From assembly GCF_000284455.1 (NCBI RefSeq), contig NC_017039.1, positions 3,390,001 to 3,422,000 on the forward strand: 32,000 bases of DNA, given 5' to 3'. A model generated the notes under the pieces. It had not been told where the DNA came from and searched no databases. It worked only from the letters and a program-made list of their open reading frames with translations. Shown here one piece after another: positions 29,676 through 32,000 of the stretch. A program made the position numbers and the translations under genes. The number at the start of each line of letters is the position of its first letter. The stretch's first letter is position 1. This DNA comes from Synechocystis sp. PCC 6803 substr. PCC-P. GTDB taxonomy: Bacteria > Cyanobacteriota > Cyanobacteriia > Cyanobacteriales > Microcystaceae.

Positions 29676-31025
29676 ATGGTAGCTAATCTGCCTGCTTTAT
29701 TCTCCCTAGGAGTTTTTGTCGGCGTTATTCTCCTAATCATGTCCGAGAAAATCCACCTTACCATAGCGGCTTTTTTAGGGGCATTAATCCTAGTTTTTAC
29801 CCATGTAATTACCCTCAAGGAGGGCATTGATTACATCAGTCAGAGTTATGCCACCTTAGCATTATTTTTTGGCGTAATGGTCTTGGTTAGATCCTTTGAG
29901 CCGACTAAAATTTTTGAGTATTTAGCCACCCAAATGGTGCTGCTGGCTAAGGGAAGTGGCAAACTTCTCATGTTAGGGGTAATTGCGATTACGACTCCCA
30001 TCTGTGCGGTGTTGCCCAATGCCACCACCGTTATGTTGTTAGCGCCCTTAATTCCCCCCTTAGCCCAGGAAATTGGTGTAGATTTTGTGCCTATCTTGAT
30101 TCTGATGGTCTTTGTAGCTAACAGTGCTGGGTTATTAACATTGGTGGGGGATCCCGCCACCTTTATTGTCGGTGATGCCATTAATATTAGTTTTAATGAT
30201 TATTTATTTAAGCTCAGCTTCATGGGAGTTTTAGCCATTGTTAGCATTGTGGTTATTACTCCTTTTTTGTTCCGACATATTTGGCGCAGTCGTTTCACTC
30301 ATTTAGAGGATTTACCCCATCCTCAAATCAACCACCCGAAGGTATTAATGGCGGGGGGGGTTATTATCACTTTAGTGCTGATTTTTTTCGTTATTGGAGA
30401 AAGTCTGCCCGTTCCTATTCCGCCGGCCTCAGTAGCTTTGATGGGAGCTTGTTTGGCATTACTCCTCGCTAGCCAGAGCAAAATTGACACTGTCCATAAT
30501 ATTTTACGGGACGTGGATTGGAGCACTCTCATCTTTTTTATGTCTATCTTTGTCATTATTGGCTCTTTAGAAAAAACCGGAGTGACCGCGTCCCTTGCCC
30601 AACTTTTGGCAGTGGTGGTGGGACAAAATATCGCCTTTGGGGCGATTGTTTTAGTATTTACAGTGGGGTTGTTATCCAGTGTGGTGCCCAATATTCCCCT
30701 AGTAGTGGCCATGGTGCCCCTGCTCAAGCAATATGTGGTCAATATCGGCTTTGCCGGACCAGAAATATTGGGTGCAAACTTTGATGGACAATTGCCGGCG
30801 GAGGTATTGCCTTTGTTTTATGCCATGATGTTTGGCGCTACCCTGGGGGGCAATGGCACTTTGGTGGGAGCTTCTTCTAATATTGTGGCGGCGGGCATTT
30901 CCGAACAACACGGCCGACCAATTTCTTTCCATCGTTTTCTCCGCTATGGTTTGCCGGTGATGGCGGTGCAGTTGGTGGTAGCGGCTTTATTTGTGGCTTG
31001 GTTAATGTTTACCCAACAGGGTTAA
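29676..31025 (+). CDS. ArsB/NhaD/SLC13 (P-protein) family ion transporter
   Basis: 449 aa, many TM helices; SGLLTLVGDPATFIVGDAINISFNDYL and GATLGGNGTLVGASSNIVAAGI motifs; CCGGAGG RBS. Confidence 0.9.
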   Translation: MVANLPALFSLGVFVGVILLIMSEKIHLTIAAFLGALILVFTHVITLKEGIDYISQSYATLALFFGVMVLVRSFEPTKIFEYLATQMVLLAKGSGKLLMLGVIAITTPICAVLPNATTVMLLAPLIPPLAQEIGVDFVPILILMVFVANSAGLLTLVGDPATFIVGDAINISFNDYLFKLSFMGVLAIVSIVVITPFLFRHIWRSRFTHLEDLPHPQINHPKVLMAGGVIITLVLIFFVIGESLPVPIPPASVALMGACLALLLASQSKIDTVHNILRDVDWSTLIFFMSIFVIIGSLEKTGVTASLAQLLAVVVGQNIAFGAIVLVFTVGLLSSVVPNIPLVVAMVPLLKQYVVNIGFAGPEILGANFDGQLPAEVLPLFYAMMFGATLGGNGTLVGASSNIVAAGISEQHGRPISFHRFLRYGLPVMAVQLVVAALFVAWLMFTQQG

Positions 31026-31037
31026 AAATAAGAAAGC

Positions 31038-31292
31038 TTAATTGGACTTTGCCTGGGAATTGGGTGAATGATCTAGCTCCATGGCGATCGCCTGACGCAC
31101 CAAACGGGGATAGGCCAGGAGAAAGTACCACCACCAGAGGGCAATGGCAGCGGCCACAGGTAAGGACAACCACCATCGGTGGAACAGCAACCAACTAGAG
31201 GCAATAATTACTGACCCAGTGAGCAAAATTGTCCAAGGCTGACACCAACGGGGCTTATCTGACCAAACGTTATAACCTTCAGGATTACTCAT
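31038..31292 (-). CDS. Small two-TM hypothetical protein
   Basis: 84-aa ORF with hydrophobic segments ILLTGSVIIASSWLLF and LPVAAAIALWWWYFLL. Confidence 0.6.
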   Translation of the reverse strand: MSNPEGYNVWSDKPRWCQPWTILLTGSVIIASSWLLFHRWWLSLPVAAAIALWWWYFLLAYPRLVRQAIAMELDHSPNSQAKSN

Positions 31293-31310
31293 GTTTTTTT
31301 TCGATTAATT

Positions 31311-32000
31311 TTAATAATTTTTGATCATTAACTCTTTACCTTTGGAAGCTTTGTCTTGTTTGTAATTGTTCATCCCATATTGTAAATCCCATTCAATAAT
31401 CTGGGCAAAACTAAATAATTTTCTGATTTCCTCGGAATCATCATAGGTAATCAGCCATTTATGAGAACAATTTTCCATCACTTCAGCAAATCTTTGATGA
31501 CCAAAAGAAGTGTGTAAATCCCCCTTTTTACCATAGAGTTTCGATTTAGTCGCGCTCAGATAGGGAGGATCAAGAAAAATAAACACGTTCTCTCCTGGCT
31601 GTTCAATTAATTGTTGATAATCCCCATTGGTAACAGTCGTATTAGCTAACATTGTTCCCAGAGTTTTTAATCTATCAATGGAAGAATCGGTAAAACGTTT
31701 TTCAAACGCCTGTTGAGAATAGCCTCCAGATTCCACCGTGCCAGAAAAAGTAATGCGATTCAGCACAAAAAAACGCACTGCCCGCTGGAATTCGTCCAAC
31801 TCTAACCCTTCTTTTGTTAAGTTGGCAAAAAGTTCTCTCCCGTCGGTTTGGTGTTGTTTAATTACTGTGACTGCATCAGTTAGCCGTTCAATTTCCTCCT
31901 GGGCGTATTTCCAGAAACAATATAAATCAAAATTTAAGTCGTTAATCCAATACTTATTAATGTGCTGACCAAAAATTTGCTTGATGGCTAAAAAGACAGA
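31311..32000 (-). CDS. D12-class DNA methyltransferase, partial (5' end beyond the right edge)
   Basis: FIFLDPPYLS catalytic motif and EFQRAVRFFVLNRITFSGTVESGGYS. My translation stays open past the tracked start at 31799 to the edge (SVFLAIKQIFGQHINKYWINDLNFDLYCFWKYAQEEIERLTDAVTVIKQHQTDGRELFANLTKEGLEL...). Confidence 0.85.
   Translation of the reverse strand, partial: SVFLAIKQIFGQHINKYWINDLNFDLYCFWKYAQEEIERLTDAVTVIKQHQTDGRELFANLTKEGLELDEFQRAVRFFVLNRITFSGTVESGGYSQQAFEKRFTDSSIDRLKTLGTMLANTTVTNGDYQQLIEQPGENVFIFLDPPYLSATKSKLYGKKGDLHTSFGHQRFAEVMENCSHKWLITYDDSEEIRKLFSFAQIIEWDLQYGMNNYKQDKASKGKELMIKNY

Noticed and set aside
30998-31198. Small ORFs over the 3' end of the transporter gene (30998-31198, 31009-31194)
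   Set aside because: They overlap the transporter end and the 31038-31292 ORF; no support.

Overview
The window looks like cyanobacterial chromosome, very probably Synechocystis sp. PCC 6803 or a close relative. I base this on recalled protein sequences and dense HIP1 (GCGATCGC) palindromes; no database was searched. Order left to right: DevC-type permease and HlyD/DevB-type membrane fusion protein; 6-phosphogluconolactonase; large CPBP/CAAX-protease fusion protein; small unknowns; the green/red light locus ccaS - degenerate receiver gene - cpcG2, divergent from ccaR, with a recognisable CcaR direct-repeat site; frameshifted IS630/Tc1-mariner transposase; leuC; REC-EAL regulator followed closely by stpA/ggpP and ggtA; GHL10/DUF187-like and GH57 glycosidases; chlL and chlN separated by a repeat-bounded DUF559 nuclease ORF with one in-frame stop; DUF4278-repeat protein; TPR protein; eno; Tat-exported beta-carbonic-anhydrase-like protein; an ArsB/NhaD/SLC13-like transporter behind what reads as a ydaO/yuaA (c-di-AMP) riboswitch; a small membrane protein; and a D12-class DNA methylase running off the right edge. 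The best leads are the riboswitch-transporter leader, the DUF559/hairpin-repeat unit inside chlL-chlN, the pseudo-receiver in the ccaS-cpcG2 locus, the structured intergenic region at 7090-7283, and the REC-EAL/stpA/ggtA linkage. No CRISPR array, rRNA or tRNA was recognised.
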